Positions 45,893 through 55,624 are shown, counted from the stretch's first letter. The stretch: DNA of 64,000 bases from Polyangiales bacterium (GCA_044229975.1 JBGARZ010000015.1:96001-160000); one strand, 5' to 3'. Numbers and translations: made by a program. The notes: a model not told the origin generated them from the sequence alone.

Positions 45893-46672
45893 TCAGGTCG
45901 CGGAGGAGCCCTCGGTGACGGTGTACTCGGACTGGCTGGTGACCAGGAGCTGGAGGTGCCCGCGCAGCCACCAGGCCGCGACGCTGAGCACGACGGCCGG
46001 GACGACGTAGGTGGTGTAGCCCGCCAGCGGGGCGACCAGCGCGGCGAAGGCGCAGCCCAGCACGAAGAAGGCGATCTTCGCCCCGCGGAGCACGGCGGAC
46101 TCGCGCGCCGTCTCGCGCACGGCCTCCGGGGCGTTGGAGAGGTAGGCGCTCAACGCGACGGAGAAGTCCGTGAGGGGCCCGGTCATGTGCGTGGTGCGAA
46201 CGATCATCCCCGTGGTGGTCGCGACCGAGGCGTTTTGCAGGCCCATGGCGAACGCGAGGATGCCCAGCAGGACGAAGTCCCCGGTGGTCTCGACGGTCTG
46301 CCCGAAGGGGCCGAAGGCGTCGTAGGCGCCGAGCACCGACACGAGCACGAGGCAGCCCGCCACCATGAAGAGTGGGGCGGTGGGCCAGGGTTCGAGGTTC
46401 TTCACCCGTCGCCCGTCGATGAGCCGAAACGAGAGCATCGCGCCCACGATGAACGCGAGCGCCACGAGGACGTAGTCGAGCAGGAGCGTGATGCGGGCGT
46501 AGTCCGCGCCGATGAGGGTGAGCGTGCCGGTGACGTGGGTGACGTAGCGCCGACACGCCGCGAGGGTCGTCGCGTTGACCATGCCGGCCGAGAAGGTCGC
46601 CGCGAGCCACACGCGGAGCATCCGGCGGTCGTGCACGGACGAGGCTTCGAGAATCGGGGAGAGTTTCGCCAT
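45893..46672 (-). CDS. YoaK / DUF1275 family membrane protein
   Basis: AGMVNA, VTHVTG, AMGLQNA, RTTHMTG. Confidence 0.9.
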   Translation of the reverse strand: MAKLSPILEASSVHDRRMLRVWLAATFSAGMVNATTLAACRRYVTHVTGTLTLIGADYARITLLLDYVLVALAFIVGAMLSFRLIDGRRVKNLEPWPTAPLFMVAGCLVLVSVLGAYDAFGPFGQTVETTGDFVLLGILAFAMGLQNASVATTTGMIVRTTHMTGPLTDFSVALSAYLSNAPEAVRETARESAVLRGAKIAFFVLGCAFAALVAPLAGYTTYVVPAVVLSVAAWWLRGHLQLLVTSQSEYTVTEGSSAT

Positions 46673-46783
46673 GCGGTGGGGCTCCGATCGCGCGGAGCGT
46701 CCGGCGTTGGGGCCGACGGTCGAGCGTGACAACGGGGTCCCTCGTGAGATGAAGCACGCGGGCGTTGGTGTCGACGCGGCATA

Positions 46784-46822
46784 CGATCGGTCTTCCGATC
46801 GGCCATTCGATCGGTCGATCGA
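46784..46822. repeat. CGATCGG repeats with 12-bp period
   Basis: CGATCGG at 46784, 46796 and 46808, plus CGATCGA at 46816; intergenic. Confidence 0.6.
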
Positions 46823-46843
46823 CCGCCCGCGGCGCCGACCGAC

Positions 46844-47283
46844 CTACCGCAGCTCGATCGCCACCGCCGTGTAGCCCGCGCGCACGATCGCATCGGGCGC
46901 CGGCGCGCTGGTGTTGTCGTACGGCGTGACGGCCCATCGCCCGGTCGAGTAGTCGCGGTGGTAGTGCACCACCTGCCACCCGGGGTTCAGGTCGACGAAG
47001 GCCGATCGCCCGTAGTCGTCGTTGGGCGTCTCCGCTCCGCGCCACGCGACCCCGATGGGTGATTGCGTCAGCGTGGTGTCACCTCGGCGTCGATGATCGG
47101 CGCGCTGCCGTCCTCGATGGTCGCGACGTCCGGGGCAACGCCCGCGTCGTTGGCGGTCGCGCTGTCGTGGCTCGACACCACGTCGGGCGTCGGTGAGGGC
47201 TATGAGGTGATGGTGACGCCGCACCCGGAGACGAGCGCGGCGAGCAGCGACAGGCGGACGGTGGAGGTGCTCACGGCGGTCAC
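46844..47283 (-). pseudogene. Disrupted lipoprotein gene
   Basis: GTG 47283 overlaps the upstream stop; lipobox VSGC; in-frame TAG at 47200-47202; DAG-type linker continues after it; a second frame carries SPIGVAWRG...AIELR to 46844. Confidence 0.6.
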
Positions 47284-49094
47284 TCGTAGGTGGTCACCGA
47301 GGGCGCGCGGATGGCGAACTGAAACGCGTCGTGCGACTGCTCGACGAGCGCGGGCCGGCTGGTGACGATGCGCACGTAGGAGTCGGGCGTCGCGTCGGTG
47401 ACGAGGCGCAGGCGCTGGCCGCGGTTGATGGTCGCCGTCGTGGCGGGCGTGGTCGCGCCCATGGCGAAGGTCTGCACCATCGTTCCGTCGGTGAAGGCGA
47501 TGGCGTCGATGTCGGAGCGCCGGCTCAGGTAGCCGGTGGCGGTGGCGACGTTGGTGCGGAAGGTCCACTCGGTGTCGTAGGTGACGCCGCGGATGGAGGG
47601 GACGAAGTCGGCGTCGAGCAGGCTGCCGTCGCTCGGGTTGCCGGGGTCGGCCTCGACCCAGGCGATGGCGGGCGTGGTGCTCGTCGCGGTGATGAGCGTG
47701 TTGGCCGGAAACTCGAACGACGTGGTGGCGACGGCGCCCGCGATGGTGCGCGGCGTGGTGACGGCGCCGATGGTGAAGCTCACGCTCGCGGCGCCTTCGA
47801 GGGACTGCACCATGAGGCGACGAACGCCCGATGCACCCGCGGGTTCGGCGTAGCGGAAGGTGGTGCCGCGGAGGTTGCCGTCGTCCGAGGGGACGTAGGC
47901 GAAGTGGTTGTACGTCTCGACGAGCACCTGGCCGAAGGCGGTGACGGGCGCGCCTGTCGACACGATGCGGTACACGCCCGAGGTGGGCGTCGCGACCGTG
48001 TGGAAGGAGCTGGCCGTCGCGGTGGTCCAGGTGTCGAGCGGGACGGGCGCGCCGTCGTCGGGCACCCGCTGCACCACGACGGAGGTCGGCGCCGTCGCGC
48101 CCGCGAAGACCACCACGCCGTTGGCCGACCAGGTGTAGAGCTCGGTCGCGCGGTACGAGCCATCGAGCGCAGCGGCCGCGGTGATCTTGTCGCCGGTGCC
48201 GCCGTCGTGGACCCACGCCACGAAGGGCGCATCGCCGTCGAGGCGCAGCAGACCGGCGCCCGGGATGGCTCCGCTGCGAACGCCGCTCGCCGGGAAGGCC
48301 ATGGCGGTGAGCGAGGTGGCAGGGCCGGTTCCGGTGTCGAGGGAGAGGCGCAGCGCGTTGGCGGTGGGCGAGTACACGTGAACGGTGCCTGCGCCGGGCG
48401 CGAACACGAAGGAGCCGTGTCGCGGGGTGCGGCACATGCCGGCCTGGCAGACCTGGCCCGTGGCGCAGGCGGCTCCGCACGATCCGCAGTGGGTGGTGGA
48501 GGTGAGGGTGTTGGTCTCGCAGCCGTTGGCCGCCATGCCGTCGCAGTTGCCGTAGCCGGTGCTGCAGATGTTGAAGGTGCAGACCCCGGAGATGCACGAC
48601 GGCATGCCGTTGGGGAACAGCGGGCAGACGGTTCCGCACGAGCCGCAGTTTAGGGTGTCGTTGGGGACACAGGCGCCGCCGCAAAGCAGCGAGCCCGACG
48701 GGCAGGTCGGAACATCGACCACGTCGACGACATCGACCACGTCGACGACATCGACCACGTCCACCGCGGGCGGGACATCGACCACATCGATGGCGGGCGG
48801 TACGTCGACGACATCGATCGTCGGCGGGACATCGACGGCGGGCGGAACATCAACGACGTCGATCGCGGGTTGCACGTCGACGGCGGGCTGCACGTCGACG
48901 GCGGGTTGCACGTCGATCGCGGGTTGCACGTCGATCGCGGGCTGCACGTCGGGGGTGACAGGTCGGTCGACGCCGATGTCGACGGTGCCCGTGTCCGCGG
49001 TGAAACCGGAGTCGACGTCGGCGACGACCGGGTCATTGCTGCACGCGATCACGACGGTCGCGCAGACCATCGAAAGCGGAAGGATGGACTTCAT
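47280..49094 (-). CDS. Surface lipoprotein: repeat linker, Cys-rich repeats, beta-sandwich (IgGFc-binding-like) C-region
   Basis: Lipobox VIAC; PAIDVQ and VVD repeats; NCDG...NGCE..HCGSC; I.S..P.V strand motifs. Confidence 0.78.
   Translation of the reverse strand: MKSILPLSMVCATVVIACSNDPVVADVDSGFTADTGTVDIGVDRPVTPDVQPAIDVQPAIDVQPAVDVQPAVDVQPAIDVVDVPPAVDVPPTIDVVDVPPAIDVVDVPPAVDVVDVVDVVDVVDVVDVPTCPSGSLLCGGACVPNDTLNCGSCGTVCPLFPNGMPSCISGVCTFNICSTGYGNCDGMAANGCETNTLTSTTHCGSCGAACATGQVCQAGMCRTPRHGSFVFAPGAGTVHVYSPTANALRLSLDTGTGPATSLTAMAFPASGVRSGAIPGAGLLRLDGDAPFVAWVHDGGTGDKITAAAALDGSYRATELYTWSANGVVVFAGATAPTSVVVQRVPDDGAPVPLDTWTTATASSFHTVATPTSGVYRIVSTGAPVTAFGQVLVETYNHFAYVPSDDGNLRGTTFRYAEPAGASGVRRLMVQSLEGAASVSFTIGAVTTPRTIAGAVATTSFEFPANTLITATSTTPAIAWVEADPGNPSDGSLLDADFVPSIRGVTYDTEWTFRTNVATATGYLSRRSDIDAIAFTDGTMVQTFAMGATTPATTATINRGQRLRLVTDATPDSYVRIVTSRPALVEQSHDAFQFAIRAPSVTTYE
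48712..48950. repeat. Coding tandem repeats (18-bp PA[I/V]DVQ units; 9-bp DVV units)
   Basis: About five 18-bp units and several 9- and 27-bp units visible in DNA and protein. Confidence 0.85.
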
Positions 49095-49099
49095 TGTCT

Positions 49100-49804
49100 T
49101 CACTCTCTGGGGGTCCGATCTGCGGTCCGGGTTGTCGCGAGGGCTGTCTTGACGGCGTTGATGTCCGCGCTCTCCAGCACGTGCTTCGAGGCGCCATGCT
49201 TCGCGACCTCGATCATCGCGCGACCGAGCTGCTCGGTGCTCGTGACGAAGGCGGGCAGGTGCTTGAGCAGCGGATAGAACACCCCGACCACCGCATAGAT
49301 GGCGCTGTACAGCGGCGTCTTCGACTTGATGCCATGCAGCGGCTGGATGAACCCCGGGCGGAACATGTACGCGCCCTTGAAGGGCATCGCGAGCAGGTCG
49401 TTTTCGGTCTTGCCCTTCACGCGGGCCCACATCACGGAGCCCTTGGCCGTCCCGTCGGTGCTCGCCCCCGACACATAGTTGAACGTGATCCCGGGGTTGA
49501 CCTTGAGCAGCGTGCGGGCCGCCGCGAGCGTGTAGTCGTAGGTGATCTTCGTGTAGTCGGCCTCGTTCATGCCGACCGAGGAGATGCCGAGGCAGAAGAG
49601 GCACGCGTCGTAGCCCGTGAGCTGGGACTCGACCGCGGAGTAGTCGGTGAAGTCCTTGTGCAGGAGCTCGGTGAGCTTCGCATGGGTCTGGCCGAGGGGC
49701 GTTCGTACGACGCAGAGCACGCGCTCGACCTCCGGGTCGGCGAGGCACTCGCGGAGCACGCCCTGACCGATCATGCCGGTCGCGCCGAAGAGGATGACTT
49801 TCAT
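49100..49804 (-). CDS. NAD(P)-binding epimerase/dehydratase-like protein
   Basis: MKVILFGATGMIG Rossmann motif; WARVKGKTEN; FRPG. Confidence 0.9.
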   Translation of the reverse strand: MKVILFGATGMIGQGVLRECLADPEVERVLCVVRTPLGQTHAKLTELLHKDFTDYSAVESQLTGYDACLFCLGISSVGMNEADYTKITYDYTLAAARTLLKVNPGITFNYVSGASTDGTAKGSVMWARVKGKTENDLLAMPFKGAYMFRPGFIQPLHGIKSKTPLYSAIYAVVGVFYPLLKHLPAFVTSTEQLGRAMIEVAKHGASKHVLESADINAVKTALATTRTADRTPRE

Positions 49805-49892
49805 GGGATGTGGTTCGATACCCTTCTCGACCATCGTCGACGCTCAACCTCACCGACGAGGCTCCGCACCCCCGAAGGAACCACTCCTCACC

Positions 49893-50546
49893 ATGGCAGA
49901 CAACGACTCCCGCAAGGGCATGGCCTACTTCGACAGTGACATCCTCGCGTGGGTGGACGGTCTGCACCACGCCCACGACAGCGCGCTCGCCTACGCCTTC
50001 GGCGCCCCCGAGCGCGAGGGAATGCCCGCCATCCAGGTGGGCCGCGGAGAGGGCGTCCTGTTGGGAATGTTGCTGCGCCTCGCGCGAGCGAAGGAGGTGG
50101 TCGAGGTCGGCACGCTCGCGGCGTACTCGACGATCCATCTCGCGCGGGCGGTGGGCCCGACCGGTCACGTCTGGAGCGTGGAGTACGACGCGAAGCACGC
50201 GGGCGTCGCGCGCGACGTGCTGACGCAGGCGGGTCTCGCGTCGCGGGTGACGGTGAAGGAGGGCGCCGGGGTCGACGTGCTGCCGACGCTGGAGTCGGAG
50301 GGGCCCTTCGACGCGGTGTTCATCGACGCCGACAAGGTGAACTACGACAAGTACGGCGAGTGGGCGCTGAAGAACCTCCGCCCCGGGGCTCTGCTCATCG
50401 GCGACAACGTGTTCTTGTTCGGTCGGCTGCTGGGTGACGGGGCCGACGCGGTGGCGATGCGCCGCTTCCACGAGCACGCGCGGGCGCACTTCGACACGGT
50501 GTGCGTCCCGACACCCGACGGCCTCCTCGTCGGCGTGAAGCGGTAG
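49893..50546 (+). CDS. O-methyltransferase (caffeoyl-CoA OMT-like)
   Basis: VVEVGTLAAYST, FDAVFIDADK, LRPGALLIGDN, DGL. Confidence 0.92.
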   Translation: MADNDSRKGMAYFDSDILAWVDGLHHAHDSALAYAFGAPEREGMPAIQVGRGEGVLLGMLLRLARAKEVVEVGTLAAYSTIHLARAVGPTGHVWSVEYDAKHAGVARDVLTQAGLASRVTVKEGAGVDVLPTLESEGPFDAVFIDADKVNYDKYGEWALKNLRPGALLIGDNVFLFGRLLGDGADAVAMRRFHEHARAHFDTVCVPTPDGLLVGVKR

Positions 50547-50637
50547 TCGTCGCGCCGGGGTGAACGGAGCGCGACGGACGCGGAGCCTGCACCGTGAACC
50601 CTGGCGCGACGATGAACGACCTCGTGGCAGATCGGCA

Positions 50638-52317
50638 TCACCCCTCGGCGGCGCGCGCGTCGGCCAGCAGTCGCTCGATCTCCCGCAGCGTCTCGACGTC
50701 GTCGCCGACCATCGCCTTCATCGACTGGATGCGCCGGCACACCACCGCGGCGATGCGCTCCTCCACGGTGTCGTCGGCGTAGGCCCAGTACACCTGCGCA
50801 AACCGCCCGTCGCGGTGGCAGCGCCCCTCGATCTGCGCCATCTGGATCGCCGACCACCGCAGGTCGTGGATCACCTCCGACCGCGGCACGTCGTTGTGCT
50901 CCCCCTGGTGCAGCGAGATGCCCTCCTCCATGGTGAACAGCACCACCCGCGCCTCGCCCCGCTGGAAGCGCAGCCGCTCGGCCTCGCGCTCCGCGGCAGG
51001 CGTCGCGCCGTGCAGCGCCGCGCAGGTCACCTTCTCCGCCGCGAGCCCCTCGCGAATCGCCTCCAGCGTCTCCATGAACGCCACCGAGATCGCCACCTGG
51101 TGGCCGTTTTCCAGCAGCTCCAGCGCGAGGTCGATGGTGCCCTGCACCCGGATGAGCGAGCCCTTCTGTCGCAGCCGAAGCATCGCCGCGAGGGCGCCGC
51201 GCGGGTCGCGTCCGCTCGGTGCGAGCTCCATCGCGCGACGAAACTCCGTCCACGCCTGGGCGTAGCGCTCGCGCGCCGACGCATCGAGCCCGATGGGCGT
51301 CAGGATGCGGTTGATCTCCGGCCACCCCGCGATGTCCTCCGGTCGTCGTCGCATCCCGCCCGGGACGCGCCCGTCGAAGAGCAGCGCCCGCACCTTCTCG
51401 CAGTCGGCGCGATCGCCCCGCCAGTCCCAGCGGCCGAAGGTTCCGCGGGTCACGCCGAGGCCCTGCTCGGCGCACCAGCCCTCGAAGTCCTTGAGGTCGG
51501 TCGCGCGGGCCCCCGTGAGGTTGGCCAGCAGCGGCGCGAGGTAGGAGAGCTCAAGCGGGTTCTGCCCGGCCGTCGCCGAGAGCCAGAGCGAGAAGCCCGC
51601 GCTCGCGTTGAGCTTGGCCGCGAACTTCGAGCGGGCCGCCGTGGGGTTCTTGCAGCGGTGGCTCTCGTCCCAGATGACCACGTCGAAGGCGACGGCGCTC
51701 CCGGCGCGGGCGAGCCCCTTCTTCGAGCGCACCTTGCGACGCGCCTCGGGCGTCACCTCGAAGAGCTTGGAGAGGCGCTCGTAGTTCATCACCACCACCG
51801 AGCGCCCGGCGTCGCCGAGGGCCTCGATGGTGCGTCGCCAGTGGGCGATCACCGCGAGCGGACACACCACCAGCACCGACTCCGCGGCGGGCATCGCGCG
51901 CACCGCCTCCCACGCGCTGATGGTCTTGCCGAGCCCCACGTCGTCGGCGAGCAGAAACCCCGGTCGACCGCTCTTCACCGCGAGCCCGATGGCCTTCACC
52001 GCGGCGCGCTGGTGATCGCGCGGCGTGACGTCCCCGGAGGGCTTCGAGGCGACCGGGTCGGGGTCGTCGTTGAGGGTGCGCTCGACGTGGCGCTCCCACG
52101 AGTACGGGGCCGCGCGGAAGGGACGCAGCGCCACCGGGAGCGAGTCGCCGCGGTAGACGAACACACCATGATCGGCGTCCCAGCGGGCGCCCCCGGCGGT
52201 GGCCTGCGCGCGCATCGCAAACGGAACATCGAGCGCGTGCGCACGCCCGGTGGGCGCGGCGGCGCGGGCGGTGGGCTTCGGGGCGGAGACGGTCTTGCGC
52301 GGGAGCATCGATGCCAT
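50638..52317 (-). CDS. Compact SNF2-like helicase with an N-terminal DUF5710-like domain
   Basis: LDVPFAMRAQATAGGARWD; LADDVGLGKT, DESH, SAT, GISLH, QIEGRCHR. Confidence 0.85.
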   Translation of the reverse strand: MASMLPRKTVSAPKPTARAAAPTGRAHALDVPFAMRAQATAGGARWDADHGVFVYRGDSLPVALRPFRAAPYSWERHVERTLNDDPDPVASKPSGDVTPRDHQRAAVKAIGLAVKSGRPGFLLADDVGLGKTISAWEAVRAMPAAESVLVVCPLAVIAHWRRTIEALGDAGRSVVVMNYERLSKLFEVTPEARRKVRSKKGLARAGSAVAFDVVIWDESHRCKNPTAARSKFAAKLNASAGFSLWLSATAGQNPLELSYLAPLLANLTGARATDLKDFEGWCAEQGLGVTRGTFGRWDWRGDRADCEKVRALLFDGRVPGGMRRRPEDIAGWPEINRILTPIGLDASARERYAQAWTEFRRAMELAPSGRDPRGALAAMLRLRQKGSLIRVQGTIDLALELLENGHQVAISVAFMETLEAIREGLAAEKVTCAALHGATPAAEREAERLRFQRGEARVVLFTMEEGISLHQGEHNDVPRSEVIHDLRWSAIQMAQIEGRCHRDGRFAQVYWAYADDTVEERIAAVVCRRIQSMKAMVGDDVETLREIERLLADARAAEG

Positions 52318-52419
52318 CGCCCGCGGGGATAGCAGCGGGGCGACGACGGAGGCCAGAAGTGGTCTCAGAGCCGACGGCCTCTTCCAGGTGCGTTCGCGCC
52401 CGTCCCGTGAGAGGAGGAT

Positions 52420-53049
52420 TCAGCCCGGGCGGGCCATGGCCTCGTTGATGACCGTGAAGAAGCGCATGCGCTCGCGCGACGGGAGCGCACCGGCGTGACG
52501 GAAGAGCACGCGGCCCTCGCGGTTGAGCACCATCACGTAGCTGGTCGCCGGGCGGAAGCGGTACGCGCCCGACATGGAGTTGTTCCAGTCGATGAGGATC
52601 TCCATGCCCTGCTGGCGCGCGATGTCGACGACGGCGTCGCGGGCGAAGCCCGAGGCGGGCCAGAAGTCGTACGAGCTCAGGTTGGCCACCGGCACCACCG
52701 CCACGTCGCGGGTGAGGTCCTGCGCGCGAGCGTGCTCGGCGAGCTCGCGCTTGAGGGTGTCGTTCTGCTGGTTGGAGTCGCGGTCTTCGTAGATGAGAAT
52801 CACCACCCGGCCGCGGTAGTCGCGCAGCCGCCGGGTCTGGCCGCCCGTCCCTTCGAGCGCGAACTCAGGCGCCAGCGGGAGCACCGGGGCCACGCCCGCC
52901 GCGGGCGCTGTGCCAGCCGCAGCCGGAGCGGGCGCAACAACCGGCGCGGGCACCGCGGCGTCCGTCGTGGGCGCTGGGTCCGCCTGCACGCTGAGGGTCA
53001 GGAGGCTGAGGGCGCAGGCCCCGAAGATGGTCGCGTGGGTTCTGGTCAT
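52420..53049 (-). CDS. Secreted thioredoxin-fold (AhpC/TSA, YtfJ-like) protein lacking CxxC
   Basis: Signal peptide; APEFALEGTGGQTRRLRDYRGRVVIL; ILIDW; VLNREGRVLF. Confidence 0.72.
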   Translation of the reverse strand: MTRTHATIFGACALSLLTLSVQADPAPTTDAAVPAPVVAPAPAAAGTAPAAGVAPVLPLAPEFALEGTGGQTRRLRDYRGRVVILIYEDRDSNQQNDTLKRELAEHARAQDLTRDVAVVPVANLSSYDFWPASGFARDAVVDIARQQGMEILIDWNNSMSGAYRFRPATSYVMVLNREGRVLFRHAGALPSRERMRFFTVINEAMARPG

Positions 53050-53097
53050 CGCTACGCTCACTACGGATGAGATGACTGACGCCCGAGCTGGGTTGCG

Positions 53098-54015
53098 TCA
53101 ATCTCTTCCGAGGGCGCGTTCGATGGTGGCGCGGTGGTCGGCGAGCGAGCCGATGAGGGCGATTCCCCGCCGTGCGCGAATGTGCTCCGCGAGGGGAGCG
53201 ACCCCGGCGCCGCCAACGATCCACGGCCGACCCGCGCAGGCGGCCGCGTAGGCGTCGATCATCGCGACGCCGCGGGCGAGGTCGTGCAGCACGGTCAACG
53301 ACAGGGCGACGCCGTCGGGGCTGAGGCGCTGCGTGGCGTCGGCCACGGCTTGCGGCGGCGTGCGCGCGCCGAGGTCGACGGTGCGAATGCCCCACCCCGC
53401 CAGGCGGATCGCCACGCCGTAGAGCCCGATGACGTGCTCCTCGTCTTCGACGCAGGCGAGCACCACGCGCCACCGGGGCTCGCTCGGTTGGACGAGACGC
53501 ACCAGCGCCCGCGCCGCGTCTTCGATGATCCCGGAGGTGAGGTGCTCCTGCGCGACGGAGATTCGCCCTTCGTGCCAGAGGTCGCCGACGCGGTGCAGGG
53601 CGGGGGCGAACACCTTGTCGAAGACCTCCTGGGCGTTGCCGAGATACGCCGCGCGGGCGACCTCGCGCGCGATGGCCTCGGGGTCGAAGTCACGCACCGC
53701 GTCGACGATGCGATCGACGCCCACCGCGAAGGCCTCGGGCAGATCGGTCTCGGCGATGGGCGCCACGGTGACGGGTCGGTCGCGGTCGAGGCGCACGAGG
53801 CGAGCGGCCTCGGCGATGGCCATGCCGCTGGTGCAGAGGTCGCGCAGGCGCTTGAGCTCCGTGACGTCGGAGTCGGTGTAGAGCCGGTACGCGGCCGCGG
53901 TGCGCGCGGGCGTGGGGACGCCGTAGCGGCGCTCCCAGGCGCGCAGGGTGGCCGCCGGAATACCGGTCAAATCCGCGACCACGTTGATTCGGTAGCGACC
54001 GAGCGCGTCCTTCAT
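53098..54015 (-). CDS. carH: Cobalamin-dependent MerR-family photoreceptor repressor CarH/LitR
   Basis: MerR HTH TLRAWERRYG...YRLY; W-x9-EH (WHEGRISVAQEH); ExHxxG (EEHVIG); LGARTP; SLT; divergent from crtI. Confidence 0.88.
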   Translation of the reverse strand: MKDALGRYRINVVADLTGIPAATLRAWERRYGVPTPARTAAAYRLYTDSDVTELKRLRDLCTSGMAIAEAARLVRLDRDRPVTVAPIAETDLPEAFAVGVDRIVDAVRDFDPEAIAREVARAAYLGNAQEVFDKVFAPALHRVGDLWHEGRISVAQEHLTSGIIEDAARALVRLVQPSEPRWRVVLACVEDEEHVIGLYGVAIRLAGWGIRTVDLGARTPPQAVADATQRLSPDGVALSLTVLHDLARGVAMIDAYAAACAGRPWIVGGAGVAPLAEHIRARRGIALIGSLADHRATIERALGRD

Positions 54016-54074
54016 GCATCCATTCCCACGGCTAGCGCGCAAGACGCGACACCGCTGCGGGACCACCGTCAGCG

Positions 54075-54103
54075 ATGATAGAGAGCCCACCAGAACGGGT
54101 CAA
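54075..54103 (-). promoter_or_regulatory. Sigma70-type promoter oriented toward carH
   Basis: Minus strand TTGACC (54103-54098), 17-bp spacer, TATCAT (54080-54075). Confidence 0.65.
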
Positions 54104-54106
54104 CGC

Positions 54107-55624
54107 ATGGACAAGACTCCGCACGACGTCGCGAAAGACAACAGACCCCACGCCGTGGTCATCGGCAGCGGCTTCGGTGGCCTCGCCGCAGCGGTTCGGC
54201 TCGGGGCGCGCGGGTATCGGGTGACGGTGCTCGAGCGCGCCGACGCGCCGGGCGGCCGGGCGTACGTACACCGCCAGGACGGGTTCACCTTCGACGCGGG
54301 GCCGACGGTGGTGACGGCGCCCTTTCTCTTCGAGGAGCTGTGGTCGCTGTGCGGGCGGAAGATGTCCGATGACATCGACATGCGGCCGGTGACGCCGTTC
54401 TACCGCATCCGCTTCGACGATGGATCGGTGTTCGACTACACGGGCGACGCAGCGGCGATGCGCGCGGAGGTGGCGAAGATCTCGCCGGCGGATGTCGACG
54501 GCTACGAGCGCTTTGTCCGCATGAGCGAGGACATCTTCCGGGTGGGCTTCGAGCGCCTCGCGCACGTCCCGTTTCCCGACGTGGCGTCGATGCTGAAGAT
54601 CGTCCCCGAGATGATGAAGCTCGAGAGCTACCGCACGGTGTACGGGCTGGTGTCGAAGTTCTTGAAGCACGACAAGCTGCGGCAGGTGATGAGCTTCCAC
54701 CCGCTGCTGGTGGGGGGAAATCCCTTCAGCACCACGTCCATCTACACGCTCATCGCCTTCCTCGAACGCAAGTGGGGCGTGCACTTCCCCATCGGCGGCA
54801 CGGGCGCCCTGGTGAAGGGCCTCGTCGACCTCATCGAGAACTCCGTGGGCGGCACGGTGCGCTGCAACGCCGAGGTGAAGCGCATCACCCTCGACGGCCG
54901 CCGCGCCACCGGCGTCGAGCTCGCCAACGGCGAGATCATCCCGGCGTCGGTGGTGGTCTCCAACGCCGACTCGGCGTGGACGTACCGCCACCTCGTCGCG
55001 CCCGAAGCCCGGAAGACCTGGACCAACGAGCGCATCGAGAAGGCCCGCTACTCCATGTCGCTCTTCGTCTGGTACTTCGGCACCGATCGGAAGTACGACG
55101 ACGTGGCGCACCACACGATCCTGCTGGGCCCGCGCTACGAGGGGCTGCTGCACGACATCTTCGAGCGGAAGGTTCTCTCCGACGACTTCTCGCTCTACCT
55201 GCACCGCCCGACGGCGACCGATCCGTCGATGGCGCCCGACGGATGTGATGCGTTCTATGTGCTGTCGCCGGTGCCGCACCTCGACGCCGGGGTCGACTGG
55301 TCGGTGCGCGCGGAGTCGTACCGCCGCTCGGTCGAGCGCTACCTGTCGCGCACGGTGATGCCCGACCTCGCGAAGCATGTGGTCAGCTCGCGGATGCTCA
55401 CCCCGCAGCAGTTTCAGGACGACCTCCTGTCCTTCAAGGGCGCCGCCTTTGCGATGGAGCCCGTGCTCCTCCAGAGCGCGTGGTTCCGCCCGCACAACGA
55501 GAGCGAAGACATCGCCAACCTCTACCTCGTCGGCGCCGGAACCCACCCTGGCGCCGGCCTCCCCGGCGTCCTCTCCTCGGCCCGCGTGCTCGACTCCATC
55601 GTCCCTGATGCCCGCGCCCGCTGA
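54107..55624 (+). CDS. crtI: Phytoene desaturase
   Basis: VIGSGFGGLAAA, GGRA, FDAGPT, NLYLVGAGTHPGAGLPGV. Confidence 0.96.
   Translation: MDKTPHDVAKDNRPHAVVIGSGFGGLAAAVRLGARGYRVTVLERADAPGGRAYVHRQDGFTFDAGPTVVTAPFLFEELWSLCGRKMSDDIDMRPVTPFYRIRFDDGSVFDYTGDAAAMRAEVAKISPADVDGYERFVRMSEDIFRVGFERLAHVPFPDVASMLKIVPEMMKLESYRTVYGLVSKFLKHDKLRQVMSFHPLLVGGNPFSTTSIYTLIAFLERKWGVHFPIGGTGALVKGLVDLIENSVGGTVRCNAEVKRITLDGRRATGVELANGEIIPASVVVSNADSAWTYRHLVAPEARKTWTNERIEKARYSMSLFVWYFGTDRKYDDVAHHTILLGPRYEGLLHDIFERKVLSDDFSLYLHRPTATDPSMAPDGCDAFYVLSPVPHLDAGVDWSVRAESYRRSVERYLSRTVMPDLAKHVVSSRMLTPQQFQDDLLSFKGAAFAMEPVLLQSAWFRPHNESEDIANLYLVGAGTHPGAGLPGVLSSARVLDSIVPDARAR

Noticed and set aside
41872..47202. Recoding (Sec or Pyl) of the in-frame TGA at 41872 and TAG at 47200
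   Set aside because: Both genes carry additional truncations or frameshifts, and all three stop codons terminate intact genes in this window, so decay is the simpler explanation.
54016..54145. CarH operator of tandem 11-bp direct repeats
   Set aside because: Only one TnnACA-type match (TGGACA at 54108); no convincing 11-bp periodic series by eye.
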